DNA of 64,000 bases, taken from the NCBI GenBank assembly GCA_017935625.1, contig JAGBHC010000027.1, positions 17,913 through 81,912 on the forward strand, written 5' to 3'. Position 1 is the first letter of the stretch; the number at the start of each line of letters is the position of its first letter. This DNA comes from Rikenellaceae bacterium. Lineage in GTDB: Bacteria; Bacteroidota; Bacteroidia; Bacteroidales; Rikenellaceae. Both the position numbers and the translations under genes were made by a program. Below the pieces are notes generated by a model that saw only the letters and a program-made list of their open reading frames with translations, was not told the DNA's origin and made no database searches. Of the stretch, positions 9,518 through 20,045 are shown piece by piece.

Positions 9518-10765
9518 CTACCGCTCCAGGCTCCACACCCCGGCGCTGCACTCCAGCTTCACCTGCGAGACCATGCTCTCGTAGAGACTCTCCGCATAAT
9601 CGCGGCACACCTCGTTGTAGGTGCGCTGGGCATCGAGCACCTCGAGCAGAGAGGACTCGCCGCGACGGTAGGCGTAAATCCGCCCCTCGAGCACACGCTT
9701 CGCCCGCGCCATCAGCTCGCCGTCGTAACCGGAGGCACGCCGCAGAGCCGTTTCATAGTCGTTGTAGTTGCACATCACCTCGGCCCGCACCTCGGCTCGA
9801 GCCTGTTCATAGGCCTTGCGGGCCTGCTGCACCCGCAACTTGCCGGCCTCGACCGCTCCCCGGTTGAAGTTGGAGAAACGCAGCGGAACGCTCAGCCCCA
9901 CCGTGAAACCCGTGAAGCGCGGCGCCGGGGCCTCCTCGTTGCGCACCCGCGTGTTGTAGTTGGCACCCACGGCGACGTCCACATCGGTGTTGCGCTCGCG
10001 GCGCACCACCTGCAGTTCGCGGCCGGCCACCTCGGCGCTGCGCGAGGCCGCCACCAGGTCGGCCCGCTCCTCCTCGGCCGCACCGAGCAGCTCATCGAGC
10101 GAATAGAGCCGCCCGGGACAACGGAGCTCCCCGGCAATCTCCTCCGGCACGGAAGCCTCGCCGCCCATCATCACCGAGAGCGACACCAGCGCATTGCGGG
10201 CCTCGGTGCGGGCACGCAGCAGCTCCTGCCGGGCCACTCCCGCCTCCAGACGCGACTGAAGCGCATCTATCTCCGAAATCTTGCCGCCGACCATGCGCAC
10301 GCTGTCGCCGTCGGCCAATCCGCGGATGTTTTCGTAGGCGTCCTGTTCGATTTCCGCCATGCGGCGGGCCCGCAGCGCATCGAGGTAAGCGACCGTGGCC
10401 TCGGCCCGCAAACGGCGCAGGTAGTCGTCGAGCAACGCCTCTGCGAGCGCCTTTTCGCTCTGCGCCAGTTCGATGCCCGCACGGCGCTTGCCGAACGAGA
10501 GGGTTTTGCTCAGCTCGGCCGACACCCCCTGTCCCATGCGGATGTTCCAGTCGTCGTTATTGGAGTACTCCAGCGACAGACTCGGGTCGTTGAATATCTT
10601 CGCCGCCCGCAATTCGGCTTCGGCGATGGGGACGTTGAGCCGTTCGCCCGCATAGCCGATATTTCCGGCATACACCTTTTCCATGTACTCCCCGTAGGAG
10701 AGCGGCTGGGCCGCGGCGGCCGTCCCGACCGCCGCGGCTATGATTGCAAACAGAATCCGTTTCAT
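9518..10765 (-). CDS. TolC-family outer membrane efflux protein of the RND metal efflux operon
   Basis: 415 aa with a signal peptide and a two-fold coiled-coil/beta repeat pattern. Overlaps the RND pump stop by 4 nt. Confidence 0.8.
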   Translation of the reverse strand: MKRILFAIIAAAVGTAAAAQPLSYGEYMEKVYAGNIGYAGERLNVPIAEAELRAAKIFNDPSLSLEYSNNDDWNIRMGQGVSAELSKTLSFGKRRAGIELAQSEKALAEALLDDYLRRLRAEATVAYLDALRARRMAEIEQDAYENIRGLADGDSVRMVGGKISEIDALQSRLEAGVARQELLRARTEARNALVSLSVMMGGEASVPEEIAGELRCPGRLYSLDELLGAAEEERADLVAASRSAEVAGRELQVVRRERNTDVDVAVGANYNTRVRNEEAPAPRFTGFTVGLSVPLRFSNFNRGAVEAGKLRVQQARKAYEQARAEVRAEVMCNYNDYETALRRASGYDGELMARAKRVLEGRIYAYRRGESSLLEVLDAQRTYNEVCRDYAESLYESMVSQVKLECSAGVWSLER

Positions 10766-13700
10766 TTCTCTGTCTTCACTTTTTCGGATTGATTTTCATA
10801 TCTTCTCTCCACCATATAATAGATGACCGGCAGGACGTAGAGCGTGATGACCGTCGCGAACAGCAGACCGTAGACGATGACCGTCGCCAGAGGCCGCTGC
10901 ACGTCGCTGCCGATGCCGGTCGATACGGAAGCGGGAAGCAATCCGAGAATGGCCACCGTGGCGGTCATCAATATCGGCCGGAACCGGTGCATGGCTCCGT
11001 TCACCACCGCTTCGCGCAGCGTCTTGCCCCGCTTGCGCAGGTTGTTGATGTGGGATATCATAATCACCCCGTTCTGAATGGCCACGCCGAACAGGGCGAT
11101 GAAGCCCACGGCCGAGGAGACGTTCAGGGTCATACCCCGCACATTGAGTGCCAGCATGCCGCCGAAAAGCGCCAGCGGCACCACGCACATCAGCAGCGCC
11201 GCCTGACGCAGACGCCCGAAAGCGAATATCAGCAGCAGGAACATGATGCCCAGCGCCAGGGGCACCACCAGCGCCAGACGCGAATAGGCCCGGTTGCGGT
11301 TCTCGAACTGGCCGGCCCAGTGCATGGAGGTGGTCGCCGGGTCGTAATCGACCTCGCTTTCGATGCGCCGGTTCGCCTCGCGAAGGAAGGTCGAGAGGTC
11401 CACGCCCCGCAGATTGACCCGCACCGTGGTGTGACGGGCATTCATCTCGCGCATGATGGTGTTGGCTCCCAGCGTGGTTTTGATTTCGGCCACCTGGGAG
11501 AGGGGTATCTTGACCCCGTCGGCGGTGGTAAGCATCAGATTCCCGATTTTCTCGGGCGTATCGCGATAGCGCTCGGCATAGCGGCAGGTGATGTCGTAGA
11601 CCTTGCTGCCCACGAAGAGCTGCGAGACGGCCTTGCCGCCGACAGCCAGTTCGATGAGCTCGGCCACGTCCGAGGCATTCAACCCGTACTGCGCGATGCG
11701 CTCCCGGTTCACCGCCACCTGCAACTGGGGCGACGGCGGCTCCTGGTCCACCGCCACGTCGGTGGCGCCCTCGATGTCGCCCAGCACCGCCGCCACGCGT
11801 TCGGCCACCCGGCGCCCCTCGGCGATGTCGTCGGTGTAGACCTTGACGGCCAGGTCGCTGTGCGTACCGGCAATCTGGTCCATCACCATGTCGATGATGG
11901 GCTGCGAGAAGCCCACCGTGTACCCCGGCATCCGTCCGACGGCCTCCGCCATCGCCTCGATGAGCTCGGCCTTGGTGCGTCCGCTCTTCCACTGTCCGTA
12001 GGGGTGCAGACCCACCCCCACCTCGACATGGGAGAACGAGAAGCACTCGGCCCCCTCGTCGTCGCGCCCCACCTGGGTCATCACGTAGGAGGTTTCGTCG
12101 AATGCCTTGACCGTATGCCGCAGCTCGCGCTCCATCTCCTTGGCCCTCTCAATCGAGATGCCGGAGGGCAGCTGCGCCTGTATCCAGATGGAGCCCTCGT
12201 CCAGCGGAGGCAGGAAGTCCTTGCCCACGCTCCAGGTCAGCAGCCCCGCGCCGAGCAGCGCGGCGCCCAGCAGCGCCTTGACCGGCCCGGGGCGGTCCAT
12301 GATGCAGTCCACCTGCCGGTGGTAGGCCTCGGTCATGCGCTCCAGCCAGCGGTTGCGGTATATCTTGCGCGGACGGCGGTAGGTCATGTAGGAGAGGCCC
12401 GGAATGAGCAGCAGCGCCACGGCCAGCGCACCCAGCAGCGCATAGCCCACGGTGTAGGCCATGGGGGTGAAGAGCTTGCTCTCGATGTGCTCGAAGGCGA
12501 ACAGCGGGATGTAGGCGGTGATGATGATTATCGTGGCGAAGAAGATGGGTTTGGCCACCTCGCCCGCACGGGCGGAGATGTTGGCCTGGGTGAGTTCGGC
12601 ATCGGGATAGCGCTCGCGCTGTTTGAGGATGGTCTCCATCATCACGATGGCTCCGTCCACCAGAATGCCGAAGTCGATGGCCCCCAGCGAGAGCAGATTG
12701 GCCGGTATGCCCGTCAGCTTCATCAGCGAAAAGGCGATGAGCAGCGCCACGGGAATGGTGACGGCCACCAGCAGCGCCCCGCGCAGATTGCCCAGATAGA
12801 CCATCAGCACGACCGCCACCAGCAGCATGCCCACGAAGAGGGTGTGTCCCACCGTGTGCAGCGTGGTCTCCACCAGCTCGGTGCGGTCGAGGAAGGGATG
12901 GATGCGCACGCCCTCGGGCAGCATTCCGCCGTTGAGCTCCTCCACCGCGGCATGAATGCCCTCCAGCACCTGCGAAGGGTTCTCGCCGCGCAGCATCTGC
13001 ACGATGCCCTCCACCGCGTCGTCGTAGTCGCGTTCGGCGTCGCTGAACCCCAGCACGCCCTTGCGCTCGAGATTTCCGTACTTCAATTCGCCCAGCTCGC
13101 GGAGGTAGACGGGCACCCCGTCGCAGCTCTTGATGACGATGTTGCCCAGGTCCTCCAGACCGCGCACCAGACCGATGCCGCGGATGACGTAGCTCAAATC
13201 ACCCTCCGAGAGCATGCTGCCTCCGGCATTGACGTTGTTCTGTTCGATTTTTTCGGTGATGTCGCTCAGCGAAACGCCATACTCCTGCAGCTTGTAGGGC
13301 GAAAGCTCAATCTGGTACTGCGTGGTGATGCCGCCGTAGTTGCTCACGTCGGCCACGCCCGTCACCTGCTTCAGCCGCGGAATTATCGTCCACTTGTGCA
13401 GGTCGGTCAGCTCCCGCAGGTCGTGGCCGTCGCCCTCGACCAGATAGCGGAAAATCTCGCCCGTGGGCGAAGTCAGCGGATTGAGCTCCGGTTCGGCGCC
13501 GTAGGGGAGCTCCACCCCCGCCAGCCGTTCGTTCACACGCTGGCGCGCCCAATAGTCGTCTATGTCGTCTTCGAAGACCAGAATCACGGTCGATATGCCG
13601 AACGCATTCTTGCTTCGCATCACCCGCAGACCGGGCATTCCGTTCATGGCCCGTTCGAGGGGAATGGATATCTGCTGTTCGATTTCCTCGGCAGCCAGTC

Positions 13701-13863
13701 CCGGCACCTGGGTCACCACCTGCACGGTGGTGTCGGAGATATCGGGATAGGCGTCGATGGCCAGACGGCTCCACGAATAGAGACCCGCCAACGACAACAT
13801 CACGAAAACTGCCGCCATCAGCGCCCGCCGACGCACGGCAAAACCTACGATGCGCTCCATCAT
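10762..13863 (-). CDS. CusA/CzcA-family heavy-metal efflux RND transporter
   Basis: 1033 aa with 12-TM RND topology and N-terminus MMERIVGFAVRRRALMAAVFVMLSLAGLYSW. Size and neighbours (MFP, TolC) are typical of HME-RND systems. Confidence 0.9.
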   Translation of the reverse strand: MMERIVGFAVRRRALMAAVFVMLSLAGLYSWSRLAIDAYPDISDTTVQVVTQVPGLAAEEIEQQISIPLERAMNGMPGLRVMRSKNAFGISTVILVFEDDIDDYWARQRVNERLAGVELPYGAEPELNPLTSPTGEIFRYLVEGDGHDLRELTDLHKWTIIPRLKQVTGVADVSNYGGITTQYQIELSPYKLQEYGVSLSDITEKIEQNNVNAGGSMLSEGDLSYVIRGIGLVRGLEDLGNIVIKSCDGVPVYLRELGELKYGNLERKGVLGFSDAERDYDDAVEGIVQMLRGENPSQVLEGIHAAVEELNGGMLPEGVRIHPFLDRTELVETTLHTVGHTLFVGMLLVAVVLMVYLGNLRGALLVAVTIPVALLIAFSLMKLTGIPANLLSLGAIDFGILVDGAIVMMETILKQRERYPDAELTQANISARAGEVAKPIFFATIIIITAYIPLFAFEHIESKLFTPMAYTVGYALLGALAVALLLIPGLSYMTYRRPRKIYRNRWLERMTEAYHRQVDCIMDRPGPVKALLGAALLGAGLLTWSVGKDFLPPLDEGSIWIQAQLPSGISIERAKEMERELRHTVKAFDETSYVMTQVGRDDEGAECFSFSHVEVGVGLHPYGQWKSGRTKAELIEAMAEAVGRMPGYTVGFSQPIIDMVMDQIAGTHSDLAVKVYTDDIAEGRRVAERVAAVLGDIEGATDVAVDQEPPSPQLQVAVNRERIAQYGLNASDVAELIELAVGGKAVSQLFVGSKVYDITCRYAERYRDTPEKIGNLMLTTADGVKIPLSQVAEIKTTLGANTIMREMNARHTTVRVNLRGVDLSTFLREANRRIESEVDYDPATTSMHWAGQFENRNRAYSRLALVVPLALGIMFLLLIFAFGRLRQAALLMCVVPLALFGGMLALNVRGMTLNVSSAVGFIALFGVAIQNGVIMISHINNLRKRGKTLREAVVNGAMHRFRPILMTATVAILGLLPASVSTGIGSDVQRPLATVIVYGLLFATVITLYVLPVIYYMVERRYENQSEKVKTEK

Positions 13864-13865
13864 GG

Positions 13866-14972
13866 CTATTTGACGTCTACCAGATAAAACGCACCCGAAA
13901 CCACAATCTCCTGGCCGGCATCCACGCCGCCGAGCACCACGACCCGTTCGCTATCGGCCGAGGCCACCTGCACATCGACCTTGCGGAAAGCCCTCTCGCC
14001 CGCCTTCACCAGCACGTAACGGGCTCCGTCGCGCTGCAGCACGGCGGTTTTCGGCACCAGCACCGCCGCGCCGCCGCGAGCCGTCAGATTGACCGTGGCG
14101 AACATGTTGGGCATCATTTCGCGCCCGGCGTTGTCGCACGCCACGATGACCTCCACCGACCGGGTCTGCGGGTCGAGCAGCCCGCCCGTATAGCAGAGCT
14201 CGCCCGCGAAGCGGCGGCCCGGCTGCGACACGAGCTCGATGCTCACCGAGTCGATGTCCTTCAGCAGCCGCACCTCATTCTCCATCACGTTGGCCGCCAC
14301 CCACACTTTGCGCAGGTCGGCGACCGCAATCCGCGGGTCGGCATCCTCGCGAAGGTATTCGCCCACCACCAGGTCGTTGCGCAGCACCTCGCCGCCGACG
14401 GGGGCACGCACCGTCAGCGGCTGGCCCACCGCGCAGCGGGCCGGGTCGATATCGTAGACCCGAAGAGCCGCCACGGCGTGGTCGTACTCGTCGCGGGCCC
14501 CTTCGAAGGCCGCCTCGGCCTCCTCCACGTCCTTGACCGCACCCACCCGGTTGGCGAGCAGGTCGCGTTCGCGGGCCAGCGTCTTACGCGCCAGCTCCAT
14601 CTGCTCGCGGGCCTGCGAAAGGCTTTTCACGGCATCGGAAAAATCGGCCGACGAAATCTCGAAAAGGGGCGCCCCCTTCTCCACCCGCTGGCCGATGCGC
14701 ACCAGCGAGCGCACGATGCGGCCGGCGAAGGGCGAAGCCACCTCGGCATAGTTCGACGGAATGGCCTTCACCACGCCCGAAGTGGAAAACGAGGCCGCAT
14801 AGGGCTCGCTCTCCAGACGCGAAACCGAAATCTTGGAGAGCAGCGGCGAAGAGGCGGAGACGAACACGGTGTCGCCGGAGAGCCAGGCCTCGCGGCTCTC
14901 CTCCGCAGGTTTGTTACCGCCGCAGCCGAAAAGCAGGCCGAGGGCGAGTAACGGAAATATCTGTTTTTTCAT
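13866..14972 (-). CDS. Efflux RND periplasmic adaptor (membrane fusion) subunit
   Basis: 368 aa with a lipoprotein-type signal (LLALGLLFGCGG). Lies 2 bp upstream of the RND pump. Confidence 0.85.
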   Translation of the reverse strand: MKKQIFPLLALGLLFGCGGNKPAEESREAWLSGDTVFVSASSPLLSKISVSRLESEPYAASFSTSGVVKAIPSNYAEVASPFAGRIVRSLVRIGQRVEKGAPLFEISSADFSDAVKSLSQAREQMELARKTLARERDLLANRVGAVKDVEEAEAAFEGARDEYDHAVAALRVYDIDPARCAVGQPLTVRAPVGGEVLRNDLVVGEYLREDADPRIAVADLRKVWVAANVMENEVRLLKDIDSVSIELVSQPGRRFAGELCYTGGLLDPQTRSVEVIVACDNAGREMMPNMFATVNLTARGGAAVLVPKTAVLQRDGARYVLVKAGERAFRKVDVQVASADSERVVVLGGVDAGQEIVVSGAFYLVDVK

Positions 14973-15177
14973 TGTTTGGTCGTTTGTCGATTATCGAATA
15001 GGAGACGCTTCCGCGACACGCCGTCCGTTGCGGACCGGGCGTTCGGGAAGAGAGCTCCGTTTTCCGGCCGCAGCCGTCGCACCGAAGCGACTCCGCGGCC
15101 CGTTCCACGCCGGCGGACACACGGCCGGGCCCTCTTCGGTAGAGAAGAGCCCGACGGCATCGACCGGTCGTATTTTT

Positions 15178-15522
15178 TCAGAGACAAACGACTGCCGGAG
15201 GCGCACGCAACCTAACCGCCGAAGAGCGGACCCCGACGGCAATCCGCTGCTGCGACACGACGAAGACACTCAGCAGCAGCAGAAAAGCTCCCATCGCCGA
15301 CACCGACGACTGGGCCAGCGGCACCGACGAAGAGAGGTAGGCGATGAAATCGATTTCGCTCTGCGAGTGAGCATGCCCCTTGTCCGAGGGCAGATAGGGA
15401 TGGGAGTGGGTCACCCTGCCCCACGAGAAGATGTGGGTGTGGATGAACAGCGAGGTGGATGCGAAGTAAAACAGATACGTCGCAACCAGCAGCAGTCGGG
15501 TTATTTTCGCCGCCTTTTTCAT
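15178..15522 (-). CDS. Small His-rich membrane protein upstream of the metal efflux operon
   Basis: Internal ATG (MKKAAKITRLLLV...). 114 aa with two TM segments flanking HTHIFSWGRVTHSHPYLPSDKGHAHSQSE. Confidence 0.5.
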   Translation of the reverse strand: MKKAAKITRLLLVATYLFYFASTSLFIHTHIFSWGRVTHSHPYLPSDKGHAHSQSEIDFIAYLSSSVPLAQSSVSAMGAFLLLLSVFVVSQQRIAVGVRSSAVRLRAPPAVVCL

Positions 15523-15679
15523 CCGGGAGACAAAGATACCGACTCGCAGGCAAAGCTGCAAATTCCGACCCGGTTTTTCCTGCATTTCGTGCTGTAAAGT
15601 GGTACGATATGTGCCGGAGGAGAAGCACAGCAGCCGCAACGACGGCTTTTTTCGAACCCTTTTCAAAAACATCCGAAAG

Positions 15680-16750
15680 ATGAACAGCAGAAAAATCCTA
15701 TTGAGCGCCGCTCTGTGCAGCGGAGCATTCCAGGCAATCGCCTGTACGGGAATCGCCCTCTCCGCCCGGGACGGCAGCTACGTCCAGTCGCGCACCATCG
15801 AGTGGGCCCGCGGCCTGTTGGAGAGCCAATACGTAATCATCCCCCGCGGAGAGCGGATAGTCTCCTACACCCCGCTCGATGCCGACGGCATACGCTTCGA
15901 GGCCCGCTACGGCGTGGTGGGGCTGTCGGTGGTGCAGAAGGAGTTCATCGCCGAAGGCATCAACGAAGCCGGACTTTCGGCCGGACTCTTCTTCTTCCCC
16001 CGCTACGGCAGCTACCTGCCCTACGACCCGGCCTTCAAAAGCACCACCCTCTCCGACCTGCAGGTGACCGCCTGGATACTCTCGCAATTCTCCACCATCG
16101 ACCAGCTGCGCGAGGCCATCTCCTCGGTGCGCATCGTCGGACTGGAGGCCACCTCCGTGGTGCACTGGCGCATCGGCGAACCCTCCGGACGGCAGGTCGT
16201 GCTCGAAATCGTGGACGGCCAGCCCCGCTTCTACGAGAACCCGGTGGGCGTGCTGACCAATGCCCCCGGATTCGAGTGGCAGCTCACCAACCTCAACAAC
16301 TACGTCAATCTCCACCCCGGCGACGCGCCGCAGCAGGAGCTGGGGTCGTTCACCCTCCGCCCCATCGGCGGAAACTCCGGATTCCTGGGACTGCCGGGCG
16401 ACGCCACCCCGCCGTCGCGGTTCGTGCGCGCCGCCTTCCTGCGCGCGACGGCACCCCAGCAGCAAACGGGATTCGAGACCGTGCTCCAGTGCTTCCACCT
16501 GCTCAACAACTTCGACATACCCATCGGCATCGAACACCCGGCCGGCCAGGCGCCCGACATCCCCAGCGCCACGCAATGGACCTCGGCCATCGACCTCTCC
16601 GGCCGCAAGGTCTACTACAAAACCGCCTACAACAACACGATTCGCTGCATCGACCTCTCGGAGATAGACTTCGGCCGGGTCGCATACCAGTGGCATCCGC
16701 TCGACGAAGTGCGGGAACAGCCCGTGGAGAAAATCGTCATCGGAAAGTGA
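15680..16750 (+). CDS. Secreted choloylglycine hydrolase / linear amide C-N hydrolase (Ntn family; candidate bile salt hydrolase)
   Basis: The signal peptide ends ...GAFQAIA and is followed directly by Cys (CTGIALSARDGSY), the N-terminal nucleophile arrangement of this family. Confidence 0.8.
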   Translation: MNSRKILLSAALCSGAFQAIACTGIALSARDGSYVQSRTIEWARGLLESQYVIIPRGERIVSYTPLDADGIRFEARYGVVGLSVVQKEFIAEGINEAGLSAGLFFFPRYGSYLPYDPAFKSTTLSDLQVTAWILSQFSTIDQLREAISSVRIVGLEATSVVHWRIGEPSGRQVVLEIVDGQPRFYENPVGVLTNAPGFEWQLTNLNNYVNLHPGDAPQQELGSFTLRPIGGNSGFLGLPGDATPPSRFVRAAFLRATAPQQQTGFETVLQCFHLLNNFDIPIGIEHPAGQAPDIPSATQWTSAIDLSGRKVYYKTAYNNTIRCIDLSEIDFGRVAYQWHPLDEVREQPVEKIVIGK

Positions 16751-16784
16751 CGCGCAGCGGAAAAGCCTCCCCGGAACTCCGAAC

Positions 16785-16824
16785 GAAGAGGGTCTCCTCC
16801 CCGCAGGGAAGAGACCCTCTCTTC
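16785..16824. terminator. Bidirectional terminator between convergent genes
   Basis: agagggtctc / gagaccctct stem, followed by cttctttctc. Confidence 0.6.
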
Positions 16825-16841
16825 TTTCTCCTCTTCCGCCC

Positions 16842-17525
16842 CTATCTCTTCAGCCGCCGCAACGCGGCCTTCGCCTCGGGTGCGACCCGCAGCGACTCGC
16901 ATATCTTCTGAATCGACTTGTTGTGGGTGAAGCGGTCGAGGCGCCCGGATTCGAGCAGCGGGCGCGTCAGCCCGGGATAGCGCACGTAGCAGACCGACAC
17001 GGCCCATGCCACCGCCATCCGCACGTAGTAGGCCTCGCTGCGCACGGCGGCCAGCCGGTCGAGCACCGCCCCGATGTATTCGTCGCACAGATAGTGGTCG
17101 AGCAGCATCACCACCGCAAAACGCAGCGCATAGGTCTGCGGCGAAGCGAGACACTCCTCCAGCAGCGGCCACACCGTCTGCCGGTTCGCGGCCGCGAACT
17201 TGAGCCCCGCACAGAAGATGTCGCACACGGCCCAGTTGTCGATGCGCGGCACGAAATCGCGCACCCAGGCCAGCCGCTGCTCCGGCGACGCGGGAGCCAG
17301 TCCGATGAGCATGCCCCGCAACACCCGCTCCTCGAACCAGCGGTCGTCGTCCGAAGCCAGCATCGCCCGCCAGCCGCCGCTGCGCACCGCCTCGCGGGCG
17401 ATGGCCCGGAGGGCGGGAACCCGCACCCCCATCATATCGCCGCAACCGGGAACAAGCGAAGAGGAGAAGTCGCGAAACTTCTCCTCCGAAAGGGCTTCGA
17501 GTCTGATTCTGACCGCCTCGTCCAT
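16842..17525 (-). CDS. DNA alkylation repair protein (AlkD-like HEAT-repeat family)
   Basis: 227 aa. ...PALRAIAREA...FVPRIDNWAVCDIFC...YALRFAVVMLL...YVRMAVAWAVSVCY pattern is characteristic of the family. Confidence 0.75.
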   Translation of the reverse strand: MDEAVRIRLEALSEEKFRDFSSSLVPGCGDMMGVRVPALRAIAREAVRSGGWRAMLASDDDRWFEERVLRGMLIGLAPASPEQRLAWVRDFVPRIDNWAVCDIFCAGLKFAAANRQTVWPLLEECLASPQTYALRFAVVMLLDHYLCDEYIGAVLDRLAAVRSEAYYVRMAVAWAVSVCYVRYPGLTRPLLESGRLDRFTHNKSIQKICESLRVAPEAKAALRRLKR

Positions 17526-17553
17526 ACGTCTTCTCTCTTCTCCGTGCGCAGCC

Positions 17554-18888
17554 CTACCGGCGGCGGCCGCCGCGGAATCCGGGCATCATCTTGGGCAGAT
17601 TGCCGCCCGCGACGCTCTTCATGATTTTCCGGGTATCCTCGAACTGCTTCAACAGCCGGTTCACATCGGCGAGCGTGGTGCCGCTGCCGGCCGCGATGCG
17701 GTTGCGCCGGCTGGCATTGATAATCGAGGGACTCTCCCGCTCGGCGGGGGTCATGGAGTGGATGATGGCTTCGGTCTGCTTGAATACATCGTCCGAAATA
17801 TCTATGTTTTTCAGCGCCTTGCCCACGCCGGGAATCATCGAGGCGATGTCCTTGATGTTGCCCATCTTCTTGATTTGCTCGATTTGGGCCAAAAAGTCGT
17901 TGAAGTTGAACTGGTCCTTGACCAACCGCTTTTTCAGTTTGCGGGCCTCCTCCTCGTCGTACTGCTCCTGCGCCTTCTCGACCAGCGAAACGATGTCACC
18001 CATGCCCAGAATCCGGTCGGCCATACGCTCGGGATGGAACACCTGCAGGGCATCCATCTTCTCGCCGCTCGAGATGAACTTCAGCGGCTTGTTCACCACC
18101 GAACGAATCGAGATGGCCGCACCGCCGCGCGTGTCGCCGTCGAGTTTGGTGAGCACCACGCCGTCGAAATCGAGCCGGTCGTTGAATTCGCGGGCCGTAT
18201 TGACCGCATCCTGACCGGTCATGGCATCGACCACGAAGAGCGTCTCGCAGGGACGCACCGCCGCCTTGACGGCCGTAATCTCCTGCATCATCGCCTCGTC
18301 CACCGCCAGACGGCCCGCCGTATCGACGATGACCGTGTTGAGCGACCTGCTGCGGGCGTACTTCACGGCATTCTCGGCAATCTGCACCGGATTTTTGTTC
18401 CCCTCCTCAGTGTAGACCTCCACGCCCACCTGCTCGCCCAGAATCTTCAACTGGTCGATGGCTGCGGGACGATAGACGTCGCCGGCGACCAGCAGCACCC
18501 CGCGCCCGCGCTTGCTGCGCAGCAGGGCCGCCAGCTTGCCGGAGAAGGTGGTCTTGCCCGAACCCTGAAGTCCGGCGATGAGAATCACCGCGGGATTTCC
18601 CTCCAGACGGATGTCGGTGGCGGTGCCGCCCATCAGCACGGCCAGCTCGTCGCGCACGATTTTGGTCATCATCTGACCCGGTTTGACGGCCGTCAGCACA
18701 TTGGCGCCCAACGCCTTCTGCTTCACTTCGTCGGTGAAGGTCTTGGCCACCTTGTAGTTCACGTCGGCATCGATGAGGGCCCGCCGTATCTCCTTGAGGG
18801 TCTCGGCCACATTGATTTCGGTGATGCGGCCTTCGCCCTTGAGTATCTTGAACGAACGTTCGAGTTTATCGGTTAAGTTTTCAAACAT
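17554..18888 (-). CDS. ffh: Signal recognition particle protein
   Basis: 444 aa. NG domain with GLQGSGKTTFSGKLA and DTAGR motifs, Met-rich M domain. Confidence 0.95.
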   Translation of the reverse strand: MFENLTDKLERSFKILKGEGRITEINVAETLKEIRRALIDADVNYKVAKTFTDEVKQKALGANVLTAVKPGQMMTKIVRDELAVLMGGTATDIRLEGNPAVILIAGLQGSGKTTFSGKLAALLRSKRGRGVLLVAGDVYRPAAIDQLKILGEQVGVEVYTEEGNKNPVQIAENAVKYARSRSLNTVIVDTAGRLAVDEAMMQEITAVKAAVRPCETLFVVDAMTGQDAVNTAREFNDRLDFDGVVLTKLDGDTRGGAAISIRSVVNKPLKFISSGEKMDALQVFHPERMADRILGMGDIVSLVEKAQEQYDEEEARKLKKRLVKDQFNFNDFLAQIEQIKKMGNIKDIASMIPGVGKALKNIDISDDVFKQTEAIIHSMTPAERESPSIINASRRNRIAAGSGTTLADVNRLLKQFEDTRKIMKSVAGGNLPKMMPGFRGGRRR

Positions 18889-19017
18889 GGCGTGTCGTGT
18901 TTATTAGCGTGCGGCAAAGATAAGCAATTTTCCTCGTATCCCCCGCAGCGCGCCCCCTTTTATGGAATAGTTTTTGATACGTTTTCAGTCGCAATCATAC
19001 CGAAAAAGGGAACACGC

Positions 19018-20007
19018 ATGGAAACGAAACGAATACTGGTCACCGGAGGTGCGGGCCTGATAGGCTCGCATTTGTGCAACAAACTTTTGGAGCGGGGACA
19101 CCGCGTAGTCTGCCTCGACTTCGTGGCCGGAGACGCCCCCGCCGAAGTGGACGCCTTCCATCACGACGCCCGCATGGAATACGTCTCCCACGACATCACC
19201 CTTCCCTTCCGCACGGAGGCCGACGCCGTATTCAACCTCGCTTCGCCCACTTCGCCCGTCTACTTCAACCGCTATCCCGTGGACACCCTGCGCACCAACA
19301 TACTCGGAGCCCTCAACACCCTCGACATCGCACGCGGCAACCACGCACGCCTGGTCTACACCTCCTCGGCCGACATCTACGGATTCCTGCGTTCGCCCAG
19401 CTACTCGGAAAACGCCACGGCCAACGGCCACGCATCGGGGTTCCGGGCCGCCATCGCCGACGGCAAGCGCGCCGCCGAAAGTCTCTGCAACGCCTACCGC
19501 ACCCAGTACGACACCGACACGCGCATCGCCCGCATATTCAACACCTACGGCGACAACATGCCCCTGACCGACAGCCGGGTGATTCCCACATTCGTCACGG
19601 CCGCCCTCACGGGCCGCGACATCGTCATCTACGGCAGCGGCGAGCAGACCCGCAGCTTCTGCTGGGTGGGCGACACGGTGGAGGCCCTGCTGCGGCTCAT
19701 GGAGGTTCCCGCCGCAGCGGTCAAGGGTCCCGTGAACATCGGAGACAGCCACGAGATAACAATCAACTCACTGGCGCAAAAGATAATCGAGCTGTCGGGC
19801 AGCCGGTCGCGCATCGTCCACCTGCCGCCCGTGGGCGACGAACCCCGTCACAAAACCCCCGACATCACCCGCGCCCGCCAGCTGCTGGGCTGGGAGCCGC
19901 AGACCTCGCTCGACGAAGGGCTCGAACGCACCATCGCCTACTTCGAGACCAAACTCTCGGAGGGGAGCCCCATCTACGAACGGCTCTCGTGGGCCGAACT
20001 GAACTGA
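19018..20007 (+). CDS. UDP-glucuronate decarboxylase-like extended SDR; the YxxxK tyrosine appears substituted
   Basis: Internal ATG (METKRILVTGGAGLIGSHL). Alignable by eye with UXS (RIARIFNTYG, GSGEQTRSFC, LGWEP). The canonical C-Y-D-E-G-K reads A-I-A-D-G-K here. Confidence 0.7.
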   Translation: METKRILVTGGAGLIGSHLCNKLLERGHRVVCLDFVAGDAPAEVDAFHHDARMEYVSHDITLPFRTEADAVFNLASPTSPVYFNRYPVDTLRTNILGALNTLDIARGNHARLVYTSSADIYGFLRSPSYSENATANGHASGFRAAIADGKRAAESLCNAYRTQYDTDTRIARIFNTYGDNMPLTDSRVIPTFVTAALTGRDIVIYGSGEQTRSFCWVGDTVEALLRLMEVPAAAVKGPVNIGDSHEITINSLAQKIIELSGSRSRIVHLPPVGDEPRHKTPDITRARQLLGWEPQTSLDEGLERTIAYFETKLSEGSPIYERLSWAELN

Positions 20008-20045
20008 ACCGATTTTCGACACAACGACATAAAACAGAAAACACC

